64,000 bases of DNA from an uncultured Pelagibacteraceae bacterium. Its GTDB lineage: Bacteria > Pseudomonadota > Alphaproteobacteria > Pelagibacterales > Pelagibacteraceae. A model generated the notes under the pieces. The model searched no databases. It was not told the origin of the DNA and saw only the letters and a list, made by a program, of their open reading frames with translations. The DNA is taken from positions 7,591 through 71,590 of the forward strand of contig CACJLM010000001.1 of NCBI GenBank assembly GCA_902594245.1, given 5' to 3'. Position numbers and translations under genes: made by a program. Below are positions 30,890 to 42,319 of this stretch, one piece after another (positions within the stretch are counted from its first letter, which is position 1; every line of letters starts with the position of its first letter).

Positions 30890-33226
30890 ATGAACAGTTC
30901 AATTAGAAATATATTTGTCGTTTTTGTGAGTATTTCACTAATATTATTAATTTTGATTTTAGGCATCTTATGGAATTACTCAAATAATATACCTGATTAT
31001 AAATTTTTAAAGAATTACAAGCCTCCAGTTTCAAGTAAAGTGTATTCAGGTGATGGTGATTTAGTTGCAAATTTTTCTACTGAAAAAAGAATTTTTATAC
31101 CCTACAGTTCAATACCAAAAAATGTGATCAACGCTTTTTTATCTGCGGAAGATAAAAATTTTTTCTCACATCCAGGTGTTGATGCAAAAGGTGTCTTAAG
31201 AGCAGTAATAAACAATATAAAAAATATTTTAACTTCTAAGCGTTTAGAAGGGGCTTCAACTATTACACAACAAGTAGCAAAAAATTTTTTATTGAGTAAT
31301 GAAGTAAGTTTAAATAGGAAAATCAAAGAGGCAATTTTAGCTTTTAGAATTGAGAGAACGTTAACAAAAGAAAGAATTTTAGAATTATACCTTAATCAAA
31401 TATATTTAGGTAGTGGTGCATATGGTGTAGCTGCTGCGAGTCTTGAATATTTCGATAAATCAATTAAAGAACTAAATTATGTTGAGGCAGCATTATTAGC
31501 AGCTTTACCCAAAGCTCCCAGTAAGTATAATCCATATAGAGATATTGAATTAGCGAAGTTTAGAAGAAATCTAGTTTTAAAAAACCTGTATGATAATAAC
31601 TTTATTAGCGAGATAGATTTTGAAAAATATAAATCCCAAGATATTAAACTAAAAAAAACAAAAAAAGTTTTTTTAGAGGATGCTCAATATTATATAGAGG
31701 ATGTAAGAAAAACTGTTATTGAAAATCTTTCATATGAAAAAATTTATAAGCAAGGATTTAATATCAATACTCCAATAGATTTAGATTTACAAAAGATTGC
31801 AACGCAATCTCTTAGAAAAGGCTTAATACAATATGATAAAAGAAAAGGATGGCGAGGTCCTTTATCAAATAAAACTTATACGAATAAGTGGTTTGAGGAT
31901 CTTAAAAATTATGAATTAGAAAAATCGATTAATTGGAAATTAGCAATAGTTAAAAAAGTAGATGAATTTTCAGCTGATATTGAAATGAAAGATAATCTAA
32001 AGGGTAAAATAGATTTAAAAGGAATTTCTTGGACAAAAAAAAAATTTAATGAAGTACTAAAAGTTGGAGATGTTATTTATGTGGAAAAAGACTCAGATGG
32101 AAAATTCGTTCTTAAACAAATTCCTAAGATAAACGGAGGTATAGTTGTAATGAATCCTTACACAGGAAGAATTTTAGCTATATCTGGAGGATTTAGTTTT
32201 AAAAATAGTGAATTCAATAGATCGTCACAGGCATTAAGACAACCTGGTTCAGCGTTCAAGCCATTTGTTTACGCACTTGCATTAGAAAATAATTATACAC
32301 CATCATCTTTAGTTTTAGATGCACCTTTAGTTTTAGATCAAGGATCAGATTTAAAAATGTGGAAACCTGAAAATTATGGAAAAAAGTTTTATGGACCATC
32401 TACACTAAGAGTGGGTCTTGAAAAATCTAGAAATCTTATGACTGTAAGAATTGCTCAAAAGTTAGGTGTCGAAAATGTTGCAAAATTTTCAAAAAGAATA
32501 GGTATTTACGAAAATCCAGAATCTTTATTATCGATATCTCTTGGTTCAGCTGAAACAACTTTATTAAAATTAACTTCAGCATATTGTGCTTTTGTAAACG
32601 GAGGAAAACTTGTATCCCCAATACTGATTGATCGAATTCAAGACAGTGAGGGAAATACAATAATAAATAATGAAAAAAGAATGTGCGCTAACTGTGATAA
32701 AATCTCTTTTACTGGTGTTGAATATCCAAAAATTAAAGATAGATATTTACAAATTTTTTCTCCTCAAACAGCATATCAAATTACATCTTTATTAGAGGGT
32801 GTAATAAAAAGAGGCACAGGTAAAAAGTTAAAAGACTTAAATCTTAATATTGCTGGTAAAACTGGCACTACAAATAAAAATACAGATGCTTGGTTTATTG
32901 GTTTTACTTCAGATTTAGTAATAGGAGTATATGTTGGTATGGATAACCCACAACCATTGGGTAAATTTGAAACAGGATCAAAAACAGCTTTACCAATATT
33001 TAAGAATTTTATTAAATCTGCAGTGAAAAAGTCTGAAGCAAGACCCTTCAAAGTTTCTGAGGGAATCACAATGATGGTAGTAGATCCTTCAACAGGACAA
33101 AAAGCTAAATTTTCTTCAAAGAATACAATTTTAGAGGCATATAAAAGCAAGAATGTAGTTAATGGAGAAATTTTATATTCTAATAATAATAGATTAGACT
33201 CAAATAATATATTAAGGTTTTATTAA
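30890..33226 (+). CDS. mrcA: Penicillin-binding protein 1A
   Basis: AEDKNFF, GASTITQQ, SAFK, SRN and KTG motifs. Confidence 0.95.
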   Translation: MNSSIRNIFVVFVSISLILLILILGILWNYSNNIPDYKFLKNYKPPVSSKVYSGDGDLVANFSTEKRIFIPYSSIPKNVINAFLSAEDKNFFSHPGVDAKGVLRAVINNIKNILTSKRLEGASTITQQVAKNFLLSNEVSLNRKIKEAILAFRIERTLTKERILELYLNQIYLGSGAYGVAAASLEYFDKSIKELNYVEAALLAALPKAPSKYNPYRDIELAKFRRNLVLKNLYDNNFISEIDFEKYKSQDIKLKKTKKVFLEDAQYYIEDVRKTVIENLSYEKIYKQGFNINTPIDLDLQKIATQSLRKGLIQYDKRKGWRGPLSNKTYTNKWFEDLKNYELEKSINWKLAIVKKVDEFSADIEMKDNLKGKIDLKGISWTKKKFNEVLKVGDVIYVEKDSDGKFVLKQIPKINGGIVVMNPYTGRILAISGGFSFKNSEFNRSSQALRQPGSAFKPFVYALALENNYTPSSLVLDAPLVLDQGSDLKMWKPENYGKKFYGPSTLRVGLEKSRNLMTVRIAQKLGVENVAKFSKRIGIYENPESLLSISLGSAETTLLKLTSAYCAFVNGGKLVSPILIDRIQDSEGNTIINNEKRMCANCDKISFTGVEYPKIKDRYLQIFSPQTAYQITSLLEGVIKRGTGKKLKDLNLNIAGKTGTTNKNTDAWFIGFTSDLVIGVYVGMDNPQPLGKFETGSKTALPIFKNFIKSAVKKSEARPFKVSEGITMMVVDPSTGQKAKFSSKNTILEAYKSKNVVNGEILYSNNNRLDSNNILRFY

Positions 33227-34321
33227 TGGATCATAAATATTTAGATTTTAAAAAAGAAATTGAAAAGATTAATCAAAGAGTTAAGGAGTATCTTTGAAAA
33301 AAATAAAATCTACTCTATATTAGAAAATTATAACCAAAAAATGCTGGACCCTAATTTTTGGCAAGATAAGTCAAATTCTCAAAAAATAGTAAAAGAGAAA
33401 AAATTATTTGAGGATTTGATAAATTCTTATGAAAACTCAATAAATAATTTAGATGATTTAGATGAGTTAAACCAATTAGCCATAAAAGAAGATAATATTT
33501 CTATTCAAAATGAAGTATTTACCAATATTAAAAATCTACGGGAAATTGTGAAAAAAAACGAGATAAAATGTTTTTTATCTAATGAAGCAGACTCACTTGA
33601 TTGTTATATAGAAATTCATGCAGGTGCTGGAGGAACCGAAAGTCAGGATTGGGCTGAGATGCTTAGAAGAATGTATTTGAAATGGTCAGATAATAAAAAG
33701 TATAAGTCAAATTTAATTAGTGAGCATAAAGGTGATGAAGCAGGCATAAAATCATCTACTATTAAAATTCAGGGTGATTACGCTTTTGGCTGGTTAAAAA
33801 AAGAGTCAGGAATTCATCGATTAGTCAGAATTTCTCCATTTGATTCAGGTGCTAGAAGACATACAAGTTTTGCAAGTATTTGGGTATATCCTGTCGTAGA
33901 TGAAAATATAAATATAGAAATTTTAGATAAAGATTTAAGAATTGATACATATCGTTCAAGTGGAGCGGGTGGTCAGCATGTTAACACAACAGATAGTGCT
34001 GTGAGAATAACTCATTTGCCGTCTAAAATTGTTGTTCAGTGTCAAAATGAAAGGTCTCAACATAAAAACAAAGAGACTTGTATGAACATGCTAAAGGCTA
34101 GACTTTATGATTTTGAGATAAAAAAAAAAGAAAAAGAAACTCAAAATTTAGAGTCATCGAAATCTGAAATTGGATGGGGTCATCAGATTAGATCTTATGT
34201 ATTACAACCCTACAGACTCGTAAAAGATAACAGAACAAATTTTGAAAGTTCTAATCCTGATAAAATATTAGATGGCGAAATTGATGAGTTTTTAGAACAA
34301 TCATTATATCAAATTAAATGA
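33226..34321 (+). CDS. prfB: Peptide chain release factor 2 with programmed +1 frameshift
   Basis: ATG 33226 is in frame with CTT-TGA (33292-33297), preceded by an internal SD AGGAG. The +1 frame carries SPF and GGQ. Confidence 0.96.
33284..33298 (+). promoter_or_regulatory. RF2 autoregulatory frameshift cassette AGGAG-TAT-CTT-TGA-A
   Basis: Matches the established prfB slippery site and SD spacing. Confidence 0.93.
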
Positions 34322-36507
34322 AAGTAATTTTAAAAATAATCTCTTTATTTTTACTAATAACAATCTTATTAGGATTGTATCTAAGCGTAGTTGGTATAGA
34401 GACTACAAAATTTAATAAACAAATACAAAATAAAGTTAAAAAAATTGATAATAATTTAAATTTAGAATTAAAAAAAGTTAAATTGATTCTAAATCCATTT
34501 GAATTTAATCTTAGCGCTAAAACACTAGGTCCGAAAATAATAAATCAAGATCAGTATTTAGAACTCGAAAATATTGAAACTAATATTTCATTAAAATCAA
34601 TTATTAGTGATGAGTTTTCAATTGAACAAGTTGAGATGTCTACAAAATCTATAAAAATAAGTAATTTGATTTCTTTTTCTAGATTAATATATCAGATACC
34701 AGAACTAGTAATTTTTGAGAAATTATTTGATGTAAAAGGATATATTATTGCAAATATTAAAGTTGAATTTAATAAAGACGGTAGTTTAAAAGATAATTAT
34801 GTTTTCAAAGGATTTATAAAAGATACAAAAGCAAACTTATCAAAAAATTACAATATTTCAAAGTTAAATCTGGCTTTTAATTTTACCAAAGATGAAATTA
34901 TCTTAAAAAATCTCAATTTAAGATTAAACAATTTAGATTTAGAGTCAGAGACAATATCAGCTAAAAAAATTGGTAATGAATATTTGATTAAGGGTAACAT
35001 TGAAAATAACACTTTAGAGTTTAATGATGAGGATTTAGTTACATTAAAAGAAAATTTTTTTCCAGATATTGATATAAAAAATATTAGGTTCAACTCCAAG
35101 AATAAATTTTCTTTAAAGATTGGTAAAAAATATCAATTTAGAGACTTAACAATTTCATCTAAAATAAATCTTCAAGAGGCCTTAATTTTAAAAGATATAA
35201 ATCTAAATCAAATATTTCCTGAATTGAAAAATAATATTAGTTTTTTAAATCATGAGATAGATCTTACTTATAAAAAAAATTTTTTATCAATTAATGGAAA
35301 TGGTAAAATTCTTATACAAAAAAAACAAGATTTAATTTCATATAAAATTGAAAAGAATAAAAATGAATTTATTTTTGAAAATGTTTTTAAGATTAATAAA
35401 AATCCTTTTTTAATAGAATTATTAGATTATCAAAAAAAAGATGATTCTGAATTAATCATTAGATTTAATGGTCAAAAAAATAAAAAAGGTAGAATATTTA
35501 TTAAATCAGCTTCTTTAGTAGAAGAGAAAAATAAAATTGAAATAAAGAATATTTATTTTGATGAAAACTTCAGATTAGAAAATTTTGATAATATCAATCT
35601 AGATTATGTAGATAAAGATGACAAAAGAAATTCAGTAAAAATTTATAAAAAAAAAAAGAAATATTCTTTAAGAGGTGATTATTTTAATTCAGACAATTTA
35701 ATACAAAATATCCTGTTTAGTGATGAAGAAACTAATTACTTCAGTAAAGATTTCAAAATTGAATTAAATATTAAAAAAGTGCGTTTGGATGATGAGTTTC
35801 AATTAAATAACTTAGAAGGAGATTTATATTTTAAAAATAAAAAATTGTTTGATGCTAATTTGATTGGGTATTTCCCTGATAGTAAAAAAATGACTTTTAC
35901 AGTAAAAACTAACAATGCAAATAAAATTACAACTTTTTTTATAGATCATGCAAAACCTATAGTTAAAAGATATAAATTTATAAAAGGTTTTAACGATGGT
36001 ATTTTAGATTTTTACAGTTCAAAAATAGGCAATACATCAAAATCAACGTTAAAAATTTATGATTTTAAATTAAAAGAATTACCAACTTTAACAAAAATCT
36101 TAACCTTAGCATCACTCCAAGGAATCGCTGATATTTTATCTGGCGAGGGAATAAGATTTGATGAATTTGAAATGAATTTTGAAAACAAAGATAAATTAAT
36201 GACAATCAATGAAATTTATGCGTTAGGTCCAGCAATATCTGTTTTAATGAGTGGATATATTGAAAAAGATAAACTTATAAGTTTAAAAGGAACTTTAGTA
36301 CCTGCTACAACCATAAATAAAGCAATAGGGTCAATTCCAGTTTTAGGAAAAATTTTAGTTGGAACAAAAACTGGTGAGGGTGTTTTTGGTGTGAGTTTTA
36401 AAATAAAAGGTCCACCTAAAAACTTAGAAACTACTGTAAACCCAATAAAAACATTAACTCCAAGATTTATAACTAGAACTTTGGAAAAAATTAAAAAAAC
36501 TAATTAA
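34318..36507 (+). CDS. AsmA-like/YhdP-type envelope protein (shortened)
   Basis: N-terminal TM anchor, beta-rich body, C-terminal AsmA_2-like GTLVPA..IPVLGKIL..GEGVFG..VNP. Confidence 0.75.
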   Translation: MKVILKIISLFLLITILLGLYLSVVGIETTKFNKQIQNKVKKIDNNLNLELKKVKLILNPFEFNLSAKTLGPKIINQDQYLELENIETNISLKSIISDEFSIEQVEMSTKSIKISNLISFSRLIYQIPELVIFEKLFDVKGYIIANIKVEFNKDGSLKDNYVFKGFIKDTKANLSKNYNISKLNLAFNFTKDEIILKNLNLRLNNLDLESETISAKKIGNEYLIKGNIENNTLEFNDEDLVTLKENFFPDIDIKNIRFNSKNKFSLKIGKKYQFRDLTISSKINLQEALILKDINLNQIFPELKNNISFLNHEIDLTYKKNFLSINGNGKILIQKKQDLISYKIEKNKNEFIFENVFKINKNPFLIELLDYQKKDDSELIIRFNGQKNKKGRIFIKSASLVEEKNKIEIKNIYFDENFRLENFDNINLDYVDKDDKRNSVKIYKKKKKYSLRGDYFNSDNLIQNILFSDEETNYFSKDFKIELNIKKVRLDDEFQLNNLEGDLYFKNKKLFDANLIGYFPDSKKMTFTVKTNNANKITTFFIDHAKPIVKRYKFIKGFNDGILDFYSSKIGNTSKSTLKIYDFKLKELPTLTKILTLASLQGIADILSGEGIRFDEFEMNFENKDKLMTINEIYALGPAISVLMSGYIEKDKLISLKGTLVPATTINKAIGSIPVLGKILVGTKTGEGVFGVSFKIKGPPKNLETTVNPIKTLTPRFITRTLEKIKKTN

Positions 36508-37729
36508 TTTCAATTTTAAGATGTCTTTTTTTTCCAATTGAGAGTTTAATAAAATTTTTGTTAAATAACTTCTTTTCAATGATAAATTTTTCACTTTCTA
36601 TTATTTCATTGTTAATTTTAATTGCTTTCCCTCTTATCAATCTTCTTATTTCACTTCTTGATTTTTCTAAATTTGAAATAATTATTAAATCAATAACATT
36701 AAACTCTTTTTGAAAGTTTTTTTTATCTATCTTTATTGTTGGTAGATTTAATCTAGATGAATGTCCCGAAAAAGCAGATTTAGCCATATCTTCACAATTT
36801 TTAGCTTCTTTTTGACCGTGCAACATTGATGTTGTCTCATTTGCAAGGAGTATCTTTAAATCATTGATATCTTTTTTTTCTAATTCAACAATTTTTTCAA
36901 CTTCGATATCTGTAAAAAATTTTAAAAATTTAATTACATCTCGATCATCAGTATTTCTCCAAAACTGCCAATATTCATAAGGTGTTAAAAAATTTTTATC
37001 TAACCAAATAGCTCCATTTTCCGATTTTCCCATTTTGGCTCCTGATGCTAAAGTAATTAATGGAGTTGTTAAACCATATACTTGCTTATTTGAATATCTT
37101 TTAATTAGATCAACACCATTAACTATATTTCCCCACTGATCAGAGCCACCAATTTGCAATAAACATTTTTCTTTTTTATTGAGCTCTAAAAAATCATATG
37201 ATTGTAAAATCATGTAGTTAAATTCCATATAACTTAGTGATTGTTCTCTATCTAGTCTGTTTTTAACACTTTCAAATGTTAACATTTTATTTATTGTAAA
37301 ATGTTTCCCAATATCTCTTAGAAAGGAAATATAATTTAAATTTTTTAACCAAGAAAAGTTATTTACAAATATTGGTTTTGTTTTTTTATCTTTTGTATCT
37401 AAGTAATTTTTTAAAATTTTTTCGATATTTTTTGTATTCTTTTTAATGTCTTTTTCTGATAAAATTTTACGTGTTTTATCTTTGCCTGATGGATCCCCAA
37501 TTCTTGTTGTTCCTCCACCTAAAAGAACAATCGGTTGATGCCCATGTTTCTGAAGTAGTCTTAAGCACATTATTTGTAAAAGACTTCCGACATGTAAACT
37601 TTCAGCTGTACAATCAAAACCAATATATGCTCTAGTTTTCTCTTTATTTAGTTGGTCTGATAACTCATCTTCATTGGTACATTGATAGAAAAAGCCTCTA
37701 TCTTTAAATTCTTTTAAAAATTTATTCAT
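36500..37729 (-). CDS. tyrS: Tyrosine-tRNA ligase
   Basis: YIGFDCTAESLHVG, QIGGSDQWGN, KMGKS. Confidence 0.97.
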   Translation of the reverse strand: MNKFLKEFKDRGFFYQCTNEDELSDQLNKEKTRAYIGFDCTAESLHVGSLLQIMCLRLLQKHGHQPIVLLGGGTTRIGDPSGKDKTRKILSEKDIKKNTKNIEKILKNYLDTKDKKTKPIFVNNFSWLKNLNYISFLRDIGKHFTINKMLTFESVKNRLDREQSLSYMEFNYMILQSYDFLELNKKEKCLLQIGGSDQWGNIVNGVDLIKRYSNKQVYGLTTPLITLASGAKMGKSENGAIWLDKNFLTPYEYWQFWRNTDDRDVIKFLKFFTDIEVEKIVELEKKDINDLKILLANETTSMLHGQKEAKNCEDMAKSAFSGHSSRLNLPTIKIDKKNFQKEFNVIDLIIISNLEKSRSEIRRLIRGKAIKINNEIIESEKFIIEKKLFNKNFIKLSIGKKRHLKIEIN

Positions 37730-37776
37730 AAGTTTATAGTTCTACAATATACAAGTTTTATTAAAAAAAAATATTA

Positions 37777-38910
37777 ATGAAAAAAAAAGTGTTCACTGCC
37801 CTAGGTTTAATGACAGGGACTTCAGTAGATGGTGTTGATTTATCTCTAATTAAATCAGACGGATTGAGCTATTTTACATCGATTTTTAACAAATATTATG
37901 AATTTAATACTGATTTAAGGAAAAGAATTATAGAATTACGAGATGAAATATCCTCTGTAGAAAACCTTAACGAGTATTTAAATAAATTAAGAATTATTGA
38001 AAGGGATCTCACTTTATTTCATGCTGAAGTTATTAATGAAAATTTTAAGGGATATAGAGAAGATATTGATTTAATAGGATTTCATGGGCAGACAATTTTT
38101 CATAAACCAAATATACAAACTTCTTTACAACTTGGAGATGGAAAACTTTTGTCTCAATTGACACAAAAAATAGTAATAAATAACTTTAGAAAAAATGATT
38201 TAGACAATGGTGGTCAGGGTGCACCACTCGCTCCTATTTTTCATAAATTGATTTCAATAAACATAAATGAAAAATTTAAAATAGATTTTCCACTAAATAT
38301 AATAAACATTGGAGGTATTACCAATATAACACAATTGAATAATAAAGATGATTTAAAGGCTTATGATTTAGGACCTGGAAATTGTTTAATAGACGAGTGG
38401 GTAAGAAAAAATAGTGATAAAACTTTTGATGAAAATGGGTTAATTGGAAAATCTGGAAAAGTAGATGATTTAATTTTTAATCAAGCAGTTGATAACTTTA
38501 GTGACTTTTCAATACTAAAATCTCTTGATGTAAAAGATTTTGATATATCTTTCGCCAAAGGATTGTCATTAGAGGATGGTTGTGCAACAATCACAAAATT
38601 TTCAGCATATTTAATTGCAGAGGGACTAAAAAAATTAGTTGAAGAAAAAAAAGATCTTAAACAAAATTACATACTTTGTGGTGGTGGAAGAAAAAACAAT
38701 TTTTTAATAGAAAATATTAAAGATTTTTTATTTGATAAGAAAGTTGAATTTAAGAATATTGATGATTACGAATTTAATGGGGATTATATAGAGTCCCAAG
38801 CTTTTGCTTATTTGGCAATTAGATCTTATCTTAAATTACCTATCTCATTTCCTGATACTACAAGATGTAAATTTCCTATTTCTGGAGGAGTAATAAATAA
38901 CAATTTTTGA
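37777..38910 (+). CDS. anmK: Anhydro-N-acetylmuramic acid kinase
   Basis: GLMTGTSVDG, GFHGQT, GGQGAPL, DLGPGN. Confidence 0.94.
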   Translation: MKKKVFTALGLMTGTSVDGVDLSLIKSDGLSYFTSIFNKYYEFNTDLRKRIIELRDEISSVENLNEYLNKLRIIERDLTLFHAEVINENFKGYREDIDLIGFHGQTIFHKPNIQTSLQLGDGKLLSQLTQKIVINNFRKNDLDNGGQGAPLAPIFHKLISININEKFKIDFPLNIINIGGITNITQLNNKDDLKAYDLGPGNCLIDEWVRKNSDKTFDENGLIGKSGKVDDLIFNQAVDNFSDFSILKSLDVKDFDISFAKGLSLEDGCATITKFSAYLIAEGLKKLVEEKKDLKQNYILCGGGRKNNFLIENIKDFLFDKKVEFKNIDDYEFNGDYIESQAFAYLAIRSYLKLPISFPDTTRCKFPISGGVINNNF

Positions 38911-38923
38911 TTAAATCAATATT

Positions 38924-39580
38924 CTAATATAAGGCAGATTCTTTTTTAATATATTTATCTAAATTTTTTATTAACTCTGTTTCACTTTTAGAAAAAAAAT
39001 GATTTGCATCATTTATTGATTGAAATTCTACTTTAATTCCTTTTTGCTCACTTAGTCTTTTATTTAATTCATTAATGTATTCTACTGGAACTAACTCATC
39101 TTTTTTTCCATATATCATTAGACCAGAAGTTGGGCATGGAGATAAAAAAGAAAAATCATAAACATTTGGTTGAGGTGATATTGCTATAAATCTATTAATT
39201 TCTGGTCTTCTCATTAATAATTGCATTGCTATAAGAGAACCAAAAGAAAAACCTGAAACCCAGCATTGAGAATTGTCAAAATTTTCTCTTTCCAACCAAT
39301 CAAGGGCAGCTGCAGCATCAGCAAGTTCACCTTGACCATTATCAAAATCTCCATCACTTTTTCCAACACCACGAAAGTTTACTCTACAAACTGAAAAATC
39401 ATTTTCTACAAATGAATGAAATGTCTCGACAACTACTTTGTTATTCATGGTTCCACCATATTGTGGATGAGGTTGTAAAACTAAAGCAATAGGTGCTGTG
39501 TTTTTTTTACTTTTATAATATTTGGCTTCAAGTCTACCAGCAGGACCAGGAATAAAAATTTCTAAAACTTTGTTTTCCAT
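38924..39580 (-). CDS. Alpha/beta hydrolase
   Basis: HPQYGGTMNN, FRGVG, GFSFG, ANHFF; usual divergent neighbour of iscR. Confidence 0.88.
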   Translation of the reverse strand: MENKVLEIFIPGPAGRLEAKYYKSKKNTAPIALVLQPHPQYGGTMNNKVVVETFHSFVENDFSVCRVNFRGVGKSDGDFDNGQGELADAAAALDWLERENFDNSQCWVSGFSFGSLIAMQLLMRRPEINRFIAISPQPNVYDFSFLSPCPTSGLMIYGKKDELVPVEYINELNKRLSEQKGIKVEFQSINDANHFFSKSETELIKNLDKYIKKESALY

Positions 39581-39662
39581 AATTGGTATTGATTATTATT
39601 CTCAAAAAAAAATTAGACATATCATAACTACGTGACAAATTGTTAGTCTTTTTTTACTATAG

Positions 39663-39687
39663 ATACTTGACTATTTTAGTCAGGTTT
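39663..39687. promoter_or_regulatory. IscR type-1 operator overlapping a putative -35 (TTGACT)
   Basis: ATACTTGACTATTTTAGTCAGGTTT matches ATASYYGACTRWWWYAGTCRRSTAT at 24/25 positions, 27 bp upstream of the iscR ATG. Confidence 0.85.
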
Positions 39688-39714
39688 ATATATACCCTTA
39701 TAAATTGCGGATTT

Positions 39715-40140
39715 ATGAAACTAACATCAAAAGGCAGATATGCTGTAATGGCTTTAGCGGACTTAGCCAGGTTCAATAATGTCAATCCAGTTTCTTTAAG
39801 AGATATTTCATTAAGACAAGGTATTTCTTTAGATTATTTAGAGCAAATTTTTTCTAAATTAAGAAAAAAAGAAATAGTCCAAAGTATTAGAGGAACACAA
39901 GGTGGATATGTTTTAAATAAGAAAGCAAAAGAAATAAAACTTACAAACATTTTTGATGCAGTTGATGAAAAAGTAAAAACTGTTCAGTGTAAAAAAGAAT
40001 CTAAAAAAGGATGTAATGGAAAATCTACAAAATGTTTAACACATAACCTTTGGGATGAACTTGAAAATCATATTAATAATTTTTTTGAGGAAAAAAGTTT
40101 AGAGGACTTAGTTAAAAATAATTCTGAGAAAAGAGTTTAG
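39715..40140 (+). CDS. iscR: Rrf2-family Fe-S cluster regulator IscR
   Basis: [24 protein letters not shown], three Cys plus His (C-x7-C-x6-C-x2-H). Start corrected to ATG 39715. Confidence 0.9.
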   Translation: MKLTSKGRYAVMALADLARFNNVNPVSLRDISLRQGISLDYLEQIFSKLRKKEIVQSIRGTQGGYVLNKKAKEIKLTNIFDAVDEKVKTVQCKKESKKGCNGKSTKCLTHNLWDELENHINNFFEEKSLEDLVKNNSEKRV

Positions 40141-40142
40141 TT

Positions 40143-41585
40143 ATGGATACTAGAGAAAAAGATATAGAAAAATTAAAAGATTATAAGTATGGTTTTACAA
40201 CTGATATTGAAAATATAAAGGCTCCCAAGGGACTTAATGAAGATGTAATCAAATTTATTTCCAATATAAAAAAAGAGCCAGAATGGATGTTAAATTTTAG
40301 ATTAAAAGCTTTTGAGAGATTTAAACAACTTAAAGAGCCTAATTGGCAAAAACCAAAATATCCTAAAATTGATTATCAAGATTTATATTATTATTCAGCT
40401 CCAAAAAGTATGAAAGATAAACCTAAAAGTCTTGACGAGCTTGATCCTAAACTTTTAGAAACTTATAAAAAATTAGGTATACCACTACAAGAACAAGCAA
40501 GACTCAATGGTATTGCTGTTGATGCAGTATTCGATTCAGTCTCAGTTGCAACTACATTCAAAGGTGAATTGACTAAACAAGGAATTATTTTTTGTTCTAT
40601 GTCAGAGGCAATACAAAAACATCCTGAGTTAGTAAAAAAATATTTAGGTACAGTAATTCCTACAACAGATCATTTCTTTGCTACTCTTAATTCTGCAGTG
40701 TTTACTGATGGGTCGTTTGTTTACATACCTAAAGGTGTTAGGTGTCCTATGGAACTATCAACTTATTTTAGAATAAATGCCTCTGAAACTGGACAGTTTG
40801 AAAGAACATTAATTATAGCTGATAAAGGAAGTTATGTAAGCTATTTAGAGGGTTGCACAGCACCTATGAGAGATGAAAATCAATTACATGCAGCTAATGT
40901 TGAATTAATAGCATTAGACGATGCAGAGATTAAATATTCTACTGTTCAAAACTGGTATCCAGGTGATGAGAATGGAAAAGGTGGAATTTATAATTTTGTA
41001 ACTAAAAGAGGTCTTTGCAAAGGAAAAAATTCTAAAATTTCTTGGACACAAGTTGAAACCGGTTCAGCTATTACTTGGAAATATCCAAGCTGTATATTAA
41101 AAGGTGATAATTCGATAGGTGAATTTTATTCAATAGCAATTACTAATAATCATCAAAAAGCTGATACTGGGACAAAAATGATTCATTTAGGAAAAAACAC
41201 TAAAAGCAAAATTATTTCTAAAGGTATAAGCGCTGGATTTTCTGACATGACTTACAGAGGATTAGTAGATATTAACTCAAAAGCAAAAAATTCTAGTAAC
41301 TACACACAATGTGACTCATTATTGATGGGAAATAAATGTGGAGCACATACAGTTCCTTATATTAAAAATAAAAATTTTGATTCCAATATAGCTCATGAGG
41401 CTACAACTTCAAAAATTAGTGAAGAGCAATTACATTATTGTCAACAAAGAGGCTTGAACGCGGAAGAAGCTGTTGGATTGATTGTTAATGGATTTTGCAA
41501 AGAGGTTCTTCAGCAGCTACCAATGGAGTTCGCGGTTGAAGCTCAGAAACTAGTTGGTATCAGCCTTGAAGGGAGCGTAGGTTAA
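40143..41585 (+). CDS. sufB: Fe-S assembly protein SufB
   Basis: [34 protein letters not shown]. Confidence 0.98.
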   Translation: MDTREKDIEKLKDYKYGFTTDIENIKAPKGLNEDVIKFISNIKKEPEWMLNFRLKAFERFKQLKEPNWQKPKYPKIDYQDLYYYSAPKSMKDKPKSLDELDPKLLETYKKLGIPLQEQARLNGIAVDAVFDSVSVATTFKGELTKQGIIFCSMSEAIQKHPELVKKYLGTVIPTTDHFFATLNSAVFTDGSFVYIPKGVRCPMELSTYFRINASETGQFERTLIIADKGSYVSYLEGCTAPMRDENQLHAANVELIALDDAEIKYSTVQNWYPGDENGKGGIYNFVTKRGLCKGKNSKISWTQVETGSAITWKYPSCILKGDNSIGEFYSIAITNNHQKADTGTKMIHLGKNTKSKIISKGISAGFSDMTYRGLVDINSKAKNSSNYTQCDSLLMGNKCGAHTVPYIKNKNFDSNIAHEATTSKISEEQLHYCQQRGLNAEEAVGLIVNGFCKEVLQQLPMEFAVEAQKLVGISLEGSVG

Positions 41586-42319
41586 TGCTTAAAATTAATA
41601 ATTTAAATGCAAATGTTGAAAATAAGTCAATCTTGAAGGGCTTTTCTTTAAATATAAACCCAGGCGAAGTACATGCAATCATGGGTCCAAATGGATCGGG
41701 TAAAAGTACATTATCTAATATTTTGTCTGGCAAGAAGGGATATGAAGTTTCAGGCGAAATTTTATTTGAAAACAAAAATCTATTTGATCTTGAAACAGAA
41801 GAAAGAGCTCATAAAGGTATATTTTTAGCTTTTCAATATCCTTTAGAAATTCCGGGAGTGAATACAAATATATTTTTAAAAACGTCTTTAAATGCAGTCA
41901 GAAAAGCTCGAGGTGAAAAGGAGTTAGATGCTATTGAATTTTTAAAACTCGTTAAAGAAAAAGCAAAAGAACTTAAATTTGATGAAGAAAAATTAAATAG
42001 ACAGTTAAATGTTGGTTTCTCTGGCGGTGAGAAGAAAAAAAATGAAATTTTACAAATGTCACTGTTGGCACCTAAATTATCTATTTTAGATGAAACAGAC
42101 TCAGGTTTAGATATTGATGCCTTAAAAATTGTTGCTGATGGTGTTAACACACTTAGAAATAAAGATAATTCTTTTTTAATAATTACGCATTACCAAAGAT
42201 TACTGGATTATATTAAACCAGATTTCGTACATGTTTTGATGGATGGAAAAATAATAAAGTCAGGTGGGCCAGAGCTCGCACAAGAGTTGGAAAAAAAAGG
42301 ATATCAAAGTTTTAATTAA
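41585..42319 (+). CDS. sufC: Fe-S assembly ATPase SufC
   Basis: GPNGSGKST, FSGGEKK, LDETDSGLDID. Confidence 0.98.
   Translation: MLKINNLNANVENKSILKGFSLNINPGEVHAIMGPNGSGKSTLSNILSGKKGYEVSGEILFENKNLFDLETEERAHKGIFLAFQYPLEIPGVNTNIFLKTSLNAVRKARGEKELDAIEFLKLVKEKAKELKFDEEKLNRQLNVGFSGGEKKKNEILQMSLLAPKLSILDETDSGLDIDALKIVADGVNTLRNKDNSFLIITHYQRLLDYIKPDFVHVLMDGKIIKSGGPELAQELEKKGYQSFN

Noticed and set aside
33260-33297. ORF-track TTG start for prfB, or an apparent frameshift error
   Set aside because: Explained by the programmed +1 frameshift from ATG 33226.
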